64,000 nt of DNA, from IMG/VR virus record IMGVR_UViG_2513237087_000004, positions 1-64,000 of that record, one strand, 5' to 3'. The notes beneath the pieces are model-generated. The model worked only from the letters and a program-made list of their open reading frames with translations, was not told the DNA's origin and ran no database searches. This DNA is from a virus. Lineage: Duplodnaviria > Caudoviricetes. The position numbers were made by a program, and so were the translations under genes. Positions 36,741-46,321 of the stretch are shown here, in pieces; position 1 is the stretch's first letter, and each line of letters starts with the position of its first letter.

Positions 36741-37802
36741 TCACCGCGATGAGACCGGAACATTTTTCAACCTCTGCTCCCTCCGGCGCTCGGACTCTGC
36801 CCTGAGATCACGTGACAACTTCGTCTCAACTACTTGTCCGAATTTATCAATTTCCGTTATGATCGGCGGTGCGACGGGATCATGGCTGACGAGAATAGCC
36901 GGCGCGACGACCTTGCTCCCGCGCCCATCAACCTGCTTCTTCATCTTCGGCATCGGCGCCGCGACCAGCCCCCTCCATTTGGCGATTGCCTCGAGCGCAT
37001 CCTTCGTGATGCCGATGATATAGCCGTCAGCGATCTTATATTTCAGCGTCGACCACTTCGGCGCCACGTCCTTCAGTGGCGCGCCTTTGCCCACCAGGTC
37101 TTCCATCACCAGGTATGCTCGCATGCCGGCGGCCGCGCGGACCGCATCGGCTGCTCCGGCCACGTCCGCCGCCGCCATCAGCGCTGCGTCGCTCATGGTC
37201 GACGAAGGCAACCCGCCATCGGTGACCGGCTTGCCGAAGTCCTGGGCCTTGATCGTGCCGATGTTAGCGGCCTCATACCTGGCCCTGAACCACTCCGCCG
37301 CGGCCATTTCGTCCGCGTCGATCATCCCACTCCGAAACCAACGCGTCACGATGGACTCGCCGAAGTTCTTGGCTACGACGACACGGCCGCTATCGTTCGG
37401 ATCCTTGACCTCGGTCAGGACGATGTTGTGGTCCACCCGGGGGGGCTTGCGGGCTCCCTTGGTGTGCTTGGTGAGGTTGAGCGGATCTCCAGCCTTCCGT
37501 GCCTGCTCGCTGGCCCGGGCCTGCCGCTTAATCCTCTCGCGGATCGCCAGTGCGCCTGCCGTTTCCTTGCCGGCCTCATGCTCGAGCACCGCCCGGACAT
37601 CGTCGTACATCTGCTGCCTGTCCGCCTCGCGCTTTGCGGCTCGCTCGACATCCAGTTCGTAGGCGGCCCTTGCGCGGGCGGACGTTCGCTGCATATTGAT
37701 CATCTGCGCCTGGAGCTTGCGCTCGGCCCGGGCTGCATCGGCCTCACAGCGGGCGGCCCTCGCCTCGTCGATCAGGTCTTGTGCGATCGTCAGCTTCGCC
37801 AT
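36741..37802 (-). CDS. Putative late-transcription regulator (Q-position, DUF6456-like)
   Basis: Position at the end of the early operon; MIDADEMAAAEWFRARYEAA motif. Confidence 0.55.
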   Translation of the reverse strand: MAKLTIAQDLIDEARAARCEADAARAERKLQAQMINMQRTSARARAAYELDVERAAKREADRQQMYDDVRAVLEHEAGKETAGALAIRERIKRQARASEQARKAGDPLNLTKHTKGARKPPRVDHNIVLTEVKDPNDSGRVVVAKNFGESIVTRWFRSGMIDADEMAAAEWFRARYEAANIGTIKAQDFGKPVTDGGLPSSTMSDAALMAAADVAGAADAVRAAAGMRAYLVMEDLVGKGAPLKDVAPKWSTLKYKIADGYIIGITKDALEAIAKWRGLVAAPMPKMKKQVDGRGSKVVAPAILVSHDPVAPPIITEIDKFGQVVETKLSRDLRAESERRREQRLKNVPVSSR

Positions 37803-37803
37803 C

Positions 37804-39162
37804 TCACTGCTCCCGAAAACGTGTCACGCGGCCGTCCCACGCCAACTCGCGTTCCTCATTCGCCTTGCCGCGCCGGCGCTTCAGCACGATCACCTTCGCG
37901 GTATTCGCCGCCCGACGCAGCTTGGCCAGCCACTCGTCCTCCTTCGCGCCGCCCTGCCGCTGATCGGGCCGGTTCTGCCGGAGCCAGCTCTCCTCTCGCC
38001 AAACCGCCAGGACCCAGTCCGCGTCACGCTCGATGCTCGGCGCATCGGCGTCCAATATATGCGGTGTCGGATCGTCGCGACGCTGCGCCCCTCGGGTGCG
38101 TTGCGCCAGCACAACCACCGGAACCCTGAGGTCCTTCGCAAGGTCCTTCAGATCGCCCGTTAGCTCCGCCATCTTCTCGAACCGATCTTTGTGCCGGCCC
38201 TGCGGCTTGATCTTGTCCAGTTGGTCGATGATCACCATGCCCAACCCTGATGTTCGCTTCATAGCCAGGCAGTGGGCTCGGATCTGCCGTATAGTCTGTT
38301 TCGGCTGGTCGTAGATATAGAAGTCGTGCGCCTTCAGGTTCTGCTCGGCCACCACGAGGCTATCCCGCTGGGCGAAGTCGAATGCCCCCTCCTGCAGGTC
38401 GCCAACGGATATGCCCGACGCCGCGGATATCTCTCTTGCGGCCTGGACCTCATCGGTCATCTCGAACTGGAACATCAGCACCGGCCGGCTCAGCGAAGCG
38501 TGCACCCCAATCTGCGATGCGAGGGCCGACTTGCCGTCGCCCTGGCTGCCCAGAATGAAGCCGAGATCACCAGGGAGGATGCGGCCGAGGATCTCGTCGA
38601 CGGAGAGCAGGCCCGTGCCGAACCCGGGGAGCGACCCTCCGTCGCGCGCCGAGTTCGATGCCGTCAGCACATTGTGGACGATGTCGTTGAGGCGGCGCGG
38701 CCGGCGAGGGGCGGCCGCGTGCATCACGTCGTTGAGACCGGACTCAGCCTCCGCCGCAATGTCCGTCGGGCTCTTGTCAAATGATCGGGCCTGCTTGCTC
38801 ATCCAGTCGGCTATCTGGACCAGCGTCCGCCGCGCTGCCATATCGGCCACGTCGCCGGCGAAGTCCAGCGGGCTGCCAACCTCGTCGGCATTCTTGAGCA
38901 GCACGGCAAGATAGGAGGCGAGCGAGTTGCCTTCCTCATCCTCTTCCGGCAGCCGGCTCACCACGAGGGGATGCGAGAGCTTCTTGCCCTCCTCGCAAAT
39001 GTCCCGGACCACGCCATATATCTGCTGGTGGATCGGCTGGTAGAACTGATCCGCCCGCAACAGGTCGGCGACTTGCCAGTAGGCGGACTCAGATCGCAAG
39101 ACTGCGCCGATGACAGCTTTCTCGGCTGGGATATTCACCAGGGTGGACTCACGCTTGGCCAT
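37804..39162 (-). CDS. dnaB: DnaB-like replicative helicase
   Basis: AEKAVIGAVL N-terminus; Walker A GSQGDGKS; IIDQLD; VVVLAQ; SIERDADWV. Confidence 0.9.
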   Translation of the reverse strand: MAKRESTLVNIPAEKAVIGAVLRSESAYWQVADLLRADQFYQPIHQQIYGVVRDICEEGKKLSHPLVVSRLPEEDEEGNSLASYLAVLLKNADEVGSPLDFAGDVADMAARRTLVQIADWMSKQARSFDKSPTDIAAEAESGLNDVMHAAAPRRPRRLNDIVHNVLTASNSARDGGSLPGFGTGLLSVDEILGRILPGDLGFILGSQGDGKSALASQIGVHASLSRPVLMFQFEMTDEVQAAREISAASGISVGDLQEGAFDFAQRDSLVVAEQNLKAHDFYIYDQPKQTIRQIRAHCLAMKRTSGLGMVIIDQLDKIKPQGRHKDRFEKMAELTGDLKDLAKDLRVPVVVLAQRTRGAQRRDDPTPHILDADAPSIERDADWVLAVWREESWLRQNRPDQRQGGAKEDEWLAKLRRAANTAKVIVLKRRRGKANEERELAWDGRVTRFREQ

Positions 39163-40309
39163 GGCTGTCTTCTTTTTTCGTCAGGCTGTTCAGGACGTCG
39201 AGGAAATCAGCGTTGAAGGGCGGCTCTTCGATGCCGGTCGGCACCCCTGCCAGGATCATCCGGTCCCGCAGTTTCCGGGCCGCCTCCAGGCCAGGAGGCG
39301 CACGGATCATCCCGTTTTGTTCTTGCGGCAGATCCCCGTCGGGATAGATGCGGATGCGCTTCACCTCCATCGGCGGCTCAAACCCGATCATCCCGGAAGT
39401 TGAGAGGGTAGCCCAGATCGGAAATCGGTAGCCTTCGATCGTCCACGCCGCGAGGGAAGACTCCATGCCCTCTCCCCCGCCGATCTCCGGGCCAAGGCCG
39501 CCGATCCGCACCGCGCCGCCGCCCGCCGGCCCCATCCCCACCTTGGGGTTGTCCACGGGCGCCTTGCCGCCGGTCAGCGGGTCGAGGAACACGCGCCACA
39601 CCGCGACCGTGTCGCCGACCGCATCCTGAACCCGGCCCACAAGACAGGGGAAATAGGGCCCGTCCTGCACCTTGCGCTTGTCCTCCCAAACGGACCCGAG
39701 CTCCCATTCCAGCCTGTCGTGGAAACCGAGGACGTCAGGCCACCCACAGGGCGGGGTCGGGATTCCGCGCAGGTTGAGATATTTCTCGGCGAGGGTGCCA
39801 GCGATGGGGAGGCACTGCGCCCAAACCTCCTGCGCGGTCTCAGCCTTGCGCCGGCGGACCGCTTCATCCCGCCGCTGGGCACGCTCCCGATCGGCTTGGT
39901 GTCGGCGGGCCGCCTCCTGTCGGCGCTGGCTGGCCTCTTCCGTCTCCGCCTCCTGGGTCATCCCGAGATGGCGGCGCGCCCACTGGAACGCGTCCTTGAA
40001 GTCCTCCTTCGACGGACTTTCGTTGCCCGACAACAGGTAGGCCACCAACTTGATGACGCCTCCGCCGATCTTCCGGGAATGCCGGTACCACTGGCCCTGC
40101 TTCGCACCGGAGATATGCACCTGGAACGAGCCAAGATCCTTCTCCTTCGGCGTCAGGTATCCGCGACCGCGCACCTCCCGCCAGCCAGGCTTGAGTTTGT
40201 TGAGGACCGCCTTGATATCGGCGGCCAGCCGGTCGCTGATCTCATCTGCGTCGTCTCTCACGGGGCAGCCTTCCACGTCTGCGAGTTGCTGCTCATCCCG
40301 AAAAGGCAA
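39149..40309 (-). CDS. Primase-like protein with Toprim domain
   Basis: AEKYLNLRGI...GEGMESSLA...WATLSTSGM...IYPDGD. Confidence 0.8.
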   Translation of the reverse strand: MPFRDEQQLADVEGCPVRDDADEISDRLAADIKAVLNKLKPGWREVRGRGYLTPKEKDLGSFQVHISGAKQGQWYRHSRKIGGGVIKLVAYLLSGNESPSKEDFKDAFQWARRHLGMTQEAETEEASQRRQEAARRHQADRERAQRRDEAVRRRKAETAQEVWAQCLPIAGTLAEKYLNLRGIPTPPCGWPDVLGFHDRLEWELGSVWEDKRKVQDGPYFPCLVGRVQDAVGDTVAVWRVFLDPLTGGKAPVDNPKVGMGPAGGGAVRIGGLGPEIGGGEGMESSLAAWTIEGYRFPIWATLSTSGMIGFEPPMEVKRIRIYPDGDLPQEQNGMIRAPPGLEAARKLRDRMILAGVPTGIEEPPFNADFLDVLNSLTKKEDSHGQA

Positions 40310-40497
40310 TCTCCGGCCTCGACCAGCCGGACGGCCGGCGGGCCCGCGGTCAACAGCTGAATGACCATGTCCTCCACCACCTCATACGGCCCCTCGAACC
40401 ACCACTGGCGCGCTCCATCCACAAACTCCATGTGGATGAAGTCGCCGCGCCGCAGCCGCGCCGCAACCTCGTCCATTGCGAGCAGTCGCCCGTTCAC
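40258..40497 (-). CDS. Hypothetical protein
   Basis: GTGA-coupled ORF. Confidence 0.5.
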   Translation of the reverse strand: MNGRLLAMDEVAARLRRGDFIHMEFVDGARQWWFEGPYEVVEDMVIQLLTAGPPAVRLVEAGDCLFGMSSNSQTWKAAP

Positions 40498-40961
40498 GCC
40501 CGGACGCCCCGGAAATAGCCGAGCGCCTGGAGGCGGCGCAGGGAGTTCGGCACCTCCGCGTGGGCGAGCGCGTCAAACTCAGCATCCCTGGCCGCGGGCG
40601 AGAGCGCCGGCAGCACCAGGTCGAGACCACGCTGGAGGGTCGAGTGCTCGGGCACCACGAAGAACCGCTGATCGACCAGGGCCTGCAACCAGTAGAAGGA
40701 GACCAGGCCCAGAAGCGCCACTGGCTGCCCCGGCTCTCGGTATGGCGCTGTTGCGTCGTCGTGAGCGCGCTTTGAACGACGCAACAACTTCTTGCGAACC
40801 GGCCTCGGATAGGGTTCGAGTATCTCGGCCGTGGCGTCGATCAGCAACTCCACAGCGGCCATCGATTCCTTGGATGGATCGACGCCGTTCATCACCACGC
40901 CGAGGAAGATCTGTGGCGGGAGCGTGAGCTCAATTATTTCTCTGTCGGTCAACTGGATCAC
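40494..40961 (-). CDS. Hypothetical protein
   Basis: Coupled ORF, 155 aa. Confidence 0.6.
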   Translation of the reverse strand: MIQLTDREIIELTLPPQIFLGVVMNGVDPSKESMAAVELLIDATAEILEPYPRPVRKKLLRRSKRAHDDATAPYREPGQPVALLGLVSFYWLQALVDQRFFVVPEHSTLQRGLDLVLPALSPAARDAEFDALAHAEVPNSLRRLQALGYFRGVRA

Positions 40962-42664
40962 TCTGCTGCGCCCCGGTTCTGCCGGGCTCCCTTTTCGAGA
41001 TAGCGCTGCGCCAGCGCCACGAGGTTGCTGACGTCGGTGTGGACGGGCTCCGGGGCGAGGTGCGGATCGTTCACGCCATGCTGCTCGCTCGACTTGATGC
41101 CGAGGCGGGAGATCACCACCGGGTCGGAGCCGTCTTCGCTCACCAGGAAGTGGGCCGATACCGGATTTTCCTGGCCCTCGCGATCAAGGCGCCAGATGAG
41201 TTGCTGATGCACGCCAGGCGACCAATCCAATTCGCCCACCACCAGGTCGCTGAAGCGATACTGGAGACCATCCAGGCCGGCCCCGGATCGCAGGCTGATG
41301 ATCATGAGGTTGGTGTCCCCGTTCATCGCAGCCTTCTTCGCTCGGTCCTTGGCCGCCGGGGACTCCGATCCGGTGTACATGACCGGGTTGAAGTCCTTCA
41401 GTTCCTCCAGCCATATCGAATAGACTTCGCGGTGCCAGCCCGCGAGCAGCACCGGCTGATCGTTCTCCAACAGCAGCCGGACGTAGCCCGCTGCGCTGCG
41501 CGCCTTGGAGATGCCGGTAGCCTCCCGCAGCCGCCAGTCGAGTTCGCGCACGGCCTCGCCGCGCTCGGTGAACGAGCCGGATGTCGCAGTGATGGCGAGC
41601 TGGCGCGCGATCTGCTCCACCGCGTCGAGGTCTTTCTGATTGTGCTCGACGGTGTGGATGATGCGGTTGACCGGCGGCATCTGCTGCCCGACGTCGGCCT
41701 TGGTCCGGCGCAGGTAGACATGCTGCTCCCGGAGATAGGTGCCAAGCGCCTTCGGGTCCTTCAGGTGCCTGCCGTCAGGCGCCCATTCTCGGATGAAATC
41801 GTAACGATCACCCAGGACGTTGGGGTCGATGAACTTCAGGACGTCATAGATCTCGATGCCGTAGCCATAGATCGGCGAGCCGGTGAGGCCAAGGCGGCGT
41901 GTCGCATTGTCGGCGAGCACCTTGGCGGCGGCACCCATGTCCGACTGCTCGCCGGTGCGCAACTTCTGGATCTCGTCGAAGATGGCCGTCGGAATGCGCA
42001 TCTGCGCAAACACGTCGGCCCACCCTCGGATCTGCGAATAGCGGAAGATGTAGACGTCGCCGCCGGGCAGGCGCTCGCGGTCCGGCATGGTGCCCCTGAC
42101 GCTGTAGCAGCGCAGCGTGGTGAACGCCTCCAGCTTTTCCTTCCACTGGCGCTGGAGATGGGCCTCAACCACGATCGCCGCCGGCAGAGCGCGGGGCCGC
42201 AGGCAGGCGAGGCCGCCGACATAGGTCTTCCCAAGTCCGCCGACGTCGCCGAGCAGCAACGAGCCGCGGCGGTACCACATCTCCACCGCCTCGTGCTGGT
42301 AGCGCCGGCCGTCCTGGCCCGGCTTCAGCCCGGCGGCCACCGCGGGCGGCGTCCATGTTGGCAGGAAGATGCGTTCCATCTCCGCCGCACTGCGTTCGAA
42401 CAGCGACCGCCCACCCTTGAGCTCGCCAAGGTCCGTGTCGCTGATGGTGAAGCTATAGCGGCTGGTGAACCACTCCAGGTCCGCGCAAGTCGCGGCGTCG
42501 TGTCCGAGCTTGAAGGGCGACGTCGATGTCTTGGGGATTCGCGGGAAGATCTGCTTCAGGCGGATGCAGACGTGCGGCTCCAATTCGTCGATGACCCAGG
42601 TCCGGCCCTCGAGACGCAGCTTGCCGACCGGGCGCAGAGCAGGAACGGTGCGGATCAGATCCAT
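40958..42664 (-). CDS. SNF2-family helicase/translocase
   Basis: LLGDVGGLGKT; IFDEIQ; LTGSP; SLRSGAGLDGLQ; QLIWRLDREGQ. Confidence 0.9.
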   Translation of the reverse strand: MDLIRTVPALRPVGKLRLEGRTWVIDELEPHVCIRLKQIFPRIPKTSTSPFKLGHDAATCADLEWFTSRYSFTISDTDLGELKGGRSLFERSAAEMERIFLPTWTPPAVAAGLKPGQDGRRYQHEAVEMWYRRGSLLLGDVGGLGKTYVGGLACLRPRALPAAIVVEAHLQRQWKEKLEAFTTLRCYSVRGTMPDRERLPGGDVYIFRYSQIRGWADVFAQMRIPTAIFDEIQKLRTGEQSDMGAAAKVLADNATRRLGLTGSPIYGYGIEIYDVLKFIDPNVLGDRYDFIREWAPDGRHLKDPKALGTYLREQHVYLRRTKADVGQQMPPVNRIIHTVEHNQKDLDAVEQIARQLAITATSGSFTERGEAVRELDWRLREATGISKARSAAGYVRLLLENDQPVLLAGWHREVYSIWLEELKDFNPVMYTGSESPAAKDRAKKAAMNGDTNLMIISLRSGAGLDGLQYRFSDLVVGELDWSPGVHQQLIWRLDREGQENPVSAHFLVSEDGSDPVVISRLGIKSSEQHGVNDPHLAPEPVHTDVSNLVALAQRYLEKGARQNRGAAE

Positions 42665-43008
42665 GCGGCCCCCAGCGATGCGACCGCCGCGCGCTTGCCG
42701 TTGATTAGCGGCGGCAGCGTCATGGGCACATTCGAGACGAGGAGCATCGCGGTGACCGCCTCATGGCTGGCATACCGCAGGAGTTGGCGATAGATCGAAG
42801 CCTTCGACCCGCCTGTCTTCACCTCAATGGCGAGGCCGCCTGCCACGAGGAAATCCACGATATCTCCCGGCGCCAAGCGCTTCTCGCGCTCAAACGGGAT
42901 GGCTGACTCCACGAGGATCTGCTCGATATCGGCCTGCGTCCGCTTCTCGTCCGTGAGGTCAATACGACGGCGACGGAGGAGCTCCACGATGATGCCGATA
43001 TGGCTCAC
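42655..43008 (-). CDS. PD-(D/E)XK nuclease-like protein
   Basis: IVDFLV...AIEVK...RQLLRY motif. Confidence 0.7.
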   Translation of the reverse strand: MSHIGIIVELLRRRRIDLTDEKRTQADIEQILVESAIPFEREKRLAPGDIVDFLVAGGLAIEVKTGGSKASIYRQLLRYASHEAVTAMLLVSNVPMTLPPLINGKRAAVASLGAAWI

Positions 43009-43061
43009 GACGCGCCCCCGAGGTTCATCGGCGCGCCGGAAGTCGTGCTATCCTGGCAGGC

Positions 43062-43298
43062 ATGTGCAGCAACGTTGAAGCCATCGCCCGAGCGGTGTGC
43101 GAGCGGGAACTTCAGGCGAACTGGTCCGGGGCGGCGCTCGCCCTGGCGGTCGAGAAGTTCTGGCCCGTGGTGGCCGCACAGATCGAGGCCGGGCACCGCA
43201 CCGATGACGGCGAGGAGATCCCCGTCCCGCTCGAGGCCGGCCTTGCGGCATGGCGCGTCTGGCAGGCACGCCATGCCGAATGGAAGCGCTGGTGGTAG
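43062..43298 (+). CDS. Hypothetical protein (counter-oriented cargo)
   Basis: 78 aa, Trp-rich, opposite to the operon. Confidence 0.5.
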   Translation: MCSNVEAIARAVCERELQANWSGAALALAVEKFWPVVAAQIEAGHRTDDGEEIPVPLEAGLAAWRVWQARHAEWKRWW

Positions 43299-43358
43299 GG
43301 TCTTTGCTGGGCCCCTGCGAACGGGCGCGCGTGGTACGTGGGGGGGCAATCGATTATG

Positions 43359-44030
43359 CGCATGACAATTGCTGTGGGCGCGCTGTCTGGCGCGGTCGCG
43401 GCCTGTTTGGTCGTTGGCTTCGCCCTTTGGCTCAACGGCTTCGGAGAGCCATGGATCGGGTTTGCCGGCGGCGTTGCCGGAGGACTTGTCGGAGGCATCC
43501 TGACGCTCGCGGCCGGATACATGGCTTTCCACGCCGCTATGGTCGAGGTGAAGGCTAATGCTGATGAGGCGACGGCCCGAAAGGCTTTGGCACTCAGGGC
43601 GGTGGACAAGGTCCTTACCACCTACATCCGGCACATGAACGACGTTTATGAAAAGCACAAAGATAACGTGTCCAGCTTTGATCAGAGCGACCTGATTTAC
43701 TTTCAAGTCGATCTCAGTGCTATGATCGCAGCCATTGAAGGTGATAGTTTTTGGCGAGTTGGAGACGATATTCAAATTCGTCTTATAGACGTCGTCGGCG
43801 CGATCGGATTGATTCCGCGGCAAGTCGAAGATACGCGATATCACCGCCATCCCGTTGCGGACGTCGCCAGAACCTGGAAGCCCATCATCGACAACCTGAG
43901 GCAGATCAAATCGCTGTGCGACCGGGAACTGGACGAGATCGGTGCCAAGCGGCGCTCTCGTAGACCATGGCAGGTATTCTCGGGCGACATCCTGCGTCAA
44001 CGCAGAGGCCGGCGAAAGAAGATGCAATAG
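43359..44030 (+). CDS. Membrane-anchored cargo protein (moron)
   Basis: Two N-terminal TM helices plus a soluble domain; lower GC; opposite strand. Confidence 0.65.
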   Translation, partial: RMTIAVGALSGAVAACLVVGFALWLNGFGEPWIGFAGGVAGGLVGGILTLAAGYMAFHAAMVEVKANADEATARKALALRAVDKVLTTYIRHMNDVYEKHKDNVSSFDQSDLIYFQVDLSAMIAAIEGDSFWRVGDDIQIRLIDVVGAIGLIPRQVEDTRYHRHPVADVARTWKPIIDNLRQIKSLCDRELDEIGAKRRSRRPWQVFSGDILRQRRGRRKKMQ

Positions 44031-44146
44031 CTTGTCAAATTCGTAGACATTCCCCTGCGCAGACATCCGCCTACACCACGCGATTGCCGCCATGATAGCG
44101 GCGATCTCGGTCGCACCGACGGACGGCAGATCTGGTGTCGGATCGG

Positions 44147-44713
44147 TCACAGCCCGCACCCCGCTTCGCACCGCGGGAGCCGCTCCCCCACCCAGGCTGG
44201 CAGGCATTCAAGGACGTGAAGGCGCTTCTTCGACATGCCGGCGAACCGCCAACCTGCCTGATAGTAGCAATGTCCCCATGTCGGCCAGGACGCACGAAAG
44301 GTGGGTTTCACCTCCCGCGGATCGACAAACGTGAACAGCCTTTCGCCCGGCCACCTCGCCCAGGCTCTCGCCATAGCCGCCAGGAGCAACGAACTGGCGC
44401 CGCCACCGACCTCACGGCGATAGACGGCGCAGTTCACGCCGGACTGTCCGTCAGCTCGGTGTTCTGATCTGCGCCAAACGCAAAGGGCGCCCGCGTCCGC
44501 ACTCACCAGGATCAGCTTCTGGCCCGGGCCACAGATCAATTTGGGCCGTGTGCGGGATCGATGATCGCCGGCTGAATAATGGCGCTCGAAGATCGCCCGC
44601 GCGGTGTCGTCTCCATCACGGACCTCGATCCAACCCGAGCCGATCAGGAATGGCTGAACTTCGACGCGGGCCATCTTCGGGGGTGACGGGGAGGTAGTGG
44701 CGATCTTGGTCAT
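44147..44713 (-). CDS. GNAT/Mom-like protein
   Basis: HYS...GPG...NCAVYRRE...LFTFVD...GHCYYQAGWRFAG, resembling Mom-related acyltransferase families. Confidence 0.55.
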   Translation of the reverse strand: MTKIATTSPSPPKMARVEVQPFLIGSGWIEVRDGDDTARAIFERHYSAGDHRSRTRPKLICGPGQKLILVSADAGALCVWRRSEHRADGQSGVNCAVYRREVGGGASSLLLAAMARAWARWPGERLFTFVDPREVKPTFRASWPTWGHCYYQAGWRFAGMSKKRLHVLECLPAWVGERLPRCEAGCGL

Positions 44714-44723
44714 GATGTCGCCT

Positions 44724-45938
44724 TCACATCAGCAACGGCTGAACGGTGCCGTCGGCATAGACGGAATCCATCGGCATGTCGGCATTCGGCTCGTCCCCAT
44801 CCCAGCCATTGGGCCACGTCTTGGCCGCGATCAGTTCGCGGATTCGGGATTCCTCTTCAGCATTGAGCAGGTCGATCAGCGGGCGACCCTGGGCCACGGC
44901 GGCGACGTTCACCTCGTCCTGGATCGTCAGGATCCGGTTCAGCGCCATCATTCTGGCATCGAATGTCAGCGGCCCCTGCCGCTGCTGGTTCTTCACCAGC
45001 GAGCCGTCCTTGCGCTTCTCGCCGCCGGGCTGCCGCAGCCGGTTCTTCGGTTCCCGCAGTTCCCGGTAGAGCGGCTTCAGCCCCTTCAGCGGCGCCAGAT
45101 AGGCCCACTGGGGGGCGCGCAGTATGGTGTCCAGCGCCAAGTCTTTAGAGGCCAATGGGCAGCCGGCGCAGCCGGTGCGCGCGTTGATCTCCTCCGCCTC
45201 GTCGCCGCCATAGGCATCTGCCACGGCCGCGCTCTCCCAGCCGCCATATTCCTCCATGGGCGCGTAGATGCGCAGCCAGTCCCACACGTTGCAGACGCGC
45301 CAGTGCAGGATGGGCGCAAGGGTCGCAAGCCGGCCACGGATGCCCTTCGCCTCCGGCAGCAGCTTCTGGTACCAGCCCTGCCCGCACTCAGCCCCGTTCG
45401 TCCCGCAGGACATGGTGATGCGCTGGTCGCGCACCGCGCTTTCTCCCTCGCGAACGCCGGTGATCATGAGCACCTGGCCGTCGATGCTGGCGAGCCTCGC
45501 CTCGAGCGCATCGGCCATGGGGTCGATCTTGATCTGCCGAGTGCACCAGCGCAGCGTGTTGTTGTTCGGGGGCGGCACGCCCCGTCCCAGGATGTAGACG
45601 AGGAAACGCTTGTCCAAGGGCGCGCGCACCACCTCGCAATGGATGCCGCGCGCAGCGAGCTGCGCCATGATCCGCGTCGCGGAGATGTACAGGGGCGGAA
45701 GCTCCTGGCGAGTGTCGGCGTAGAAAACCGTAAGGGACTTCGGCGGGGCGATCCGTCCGACATCAATCAGGTGCACGATGAGGGTTAGCGTCGCCGTGGA
45801 ATCCTTGCCGCCTGACCAAGCGATGGCCCAATGGTCATGCAGCGGGCCATAGGCCTGCATCGACGCGACAGTGAACTCGACAGCTTCATCATAGGCGAGC
45901 CGCTTCGACCCTTCGAATAGTGTTGGTTGTGCGGTCAT
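44724..45938 (-). CDS. PAPS-reductase-family (DndC-like) protein
   Basis: AWSGGKDS PP-loop; RWCTRQIKIDP; TGVREGES; RTGCAGCP. Confidence 0.85.
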   Translation of the reverse strand: MTAQPTLFEGSKRLAYDEAVEFTVASMQAYGPLHDHWAIAWSGGKDSTATLTLIVHLIDVGRIAPPKSLTVFYADTRQELPPLYISATRIMAQLAARGIHCEVVRAPLDKRFLVYILGRGVPPPNNNTLRWCTRQIKIDPMADALEARLASIDGQVLMITGVREGESAVRDQRITMSCGTNGAECGQGWYQKLLPEAKGIRGRLATLAPILHWRVCNVWDWLRIYAPMEEYGGWESAAVADAYGGDEAEEINARTGCAGCPLASKDLALDTILRAPQWAYLAPLKGLKPLYRELREPKNRLRQPGGEKRKDGSLVKNQQRQGPLTFDARMMALNRILTIQDEVNVAAVAQGRPLIDLLNAEEESRIRELIAAKTWPNGWDGDEPNADMPMDSVYADGTVQPLLM

Positions 45939-46321
45939 TCAGCCAACTCCCGTGCTGCCGGCAATCCGCCTTTCAGCCGCCGGCGCGTTTCCTTATCGAG
46001 CGAGTATCCCTGCCCCCACACGGTGGTGATGACGACGCCGAAGGGCGCGACCTTCTTCCGGATCTTGCAGATGAAGACGTCCACGATCTTCTCGTTCGCG
46101 GCGTCGCGGCCGTCGTTGTGATAGAGCGCCGCCATCAGGAAGTCCTTGGTTGCCATGTCACGTGCCGTAAGCGCACCCATCACCACCACCTCGGCCTTGG
46201 TGAGCCACCATTCGATGGGGACGACGATCCGCCAGCCTAGGAGACCTTCGAGTTGCGCCACGCGCTCGCGCAGCACCTCGTTCTCGGCCACCACGACCTC
46301 AAGCCTTGCTGCGAGATCCAT
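45935..46321 (-). CDS. Stand-alone OmpR/CtrA-type winged-helix DNA-binding protein
   Basis: KIVDVFICKIRKK...ITTVWGQGY closely matches the CtrA C-terminal motif; no receiver domain. Confidence 0.8.
   Translation of the reverse strand: MDLAARLEVVVAENEVLRERVAQLEGLLGWRIVVPIEWWLTKAEVVVMGALTARDMATKDFLMAALYHNDGRDAANEKIVDVFICKIRKKVAPFGVVITTVWGQGYSLDKETRRRLKGGLPAARELAE

Noticed and set aside
36551-36763. 70-aa minus-strand ORF
   Set aside because: Overlaps the upstream gene end, lacks a clear SD and has no recognisable motif; too weak to call
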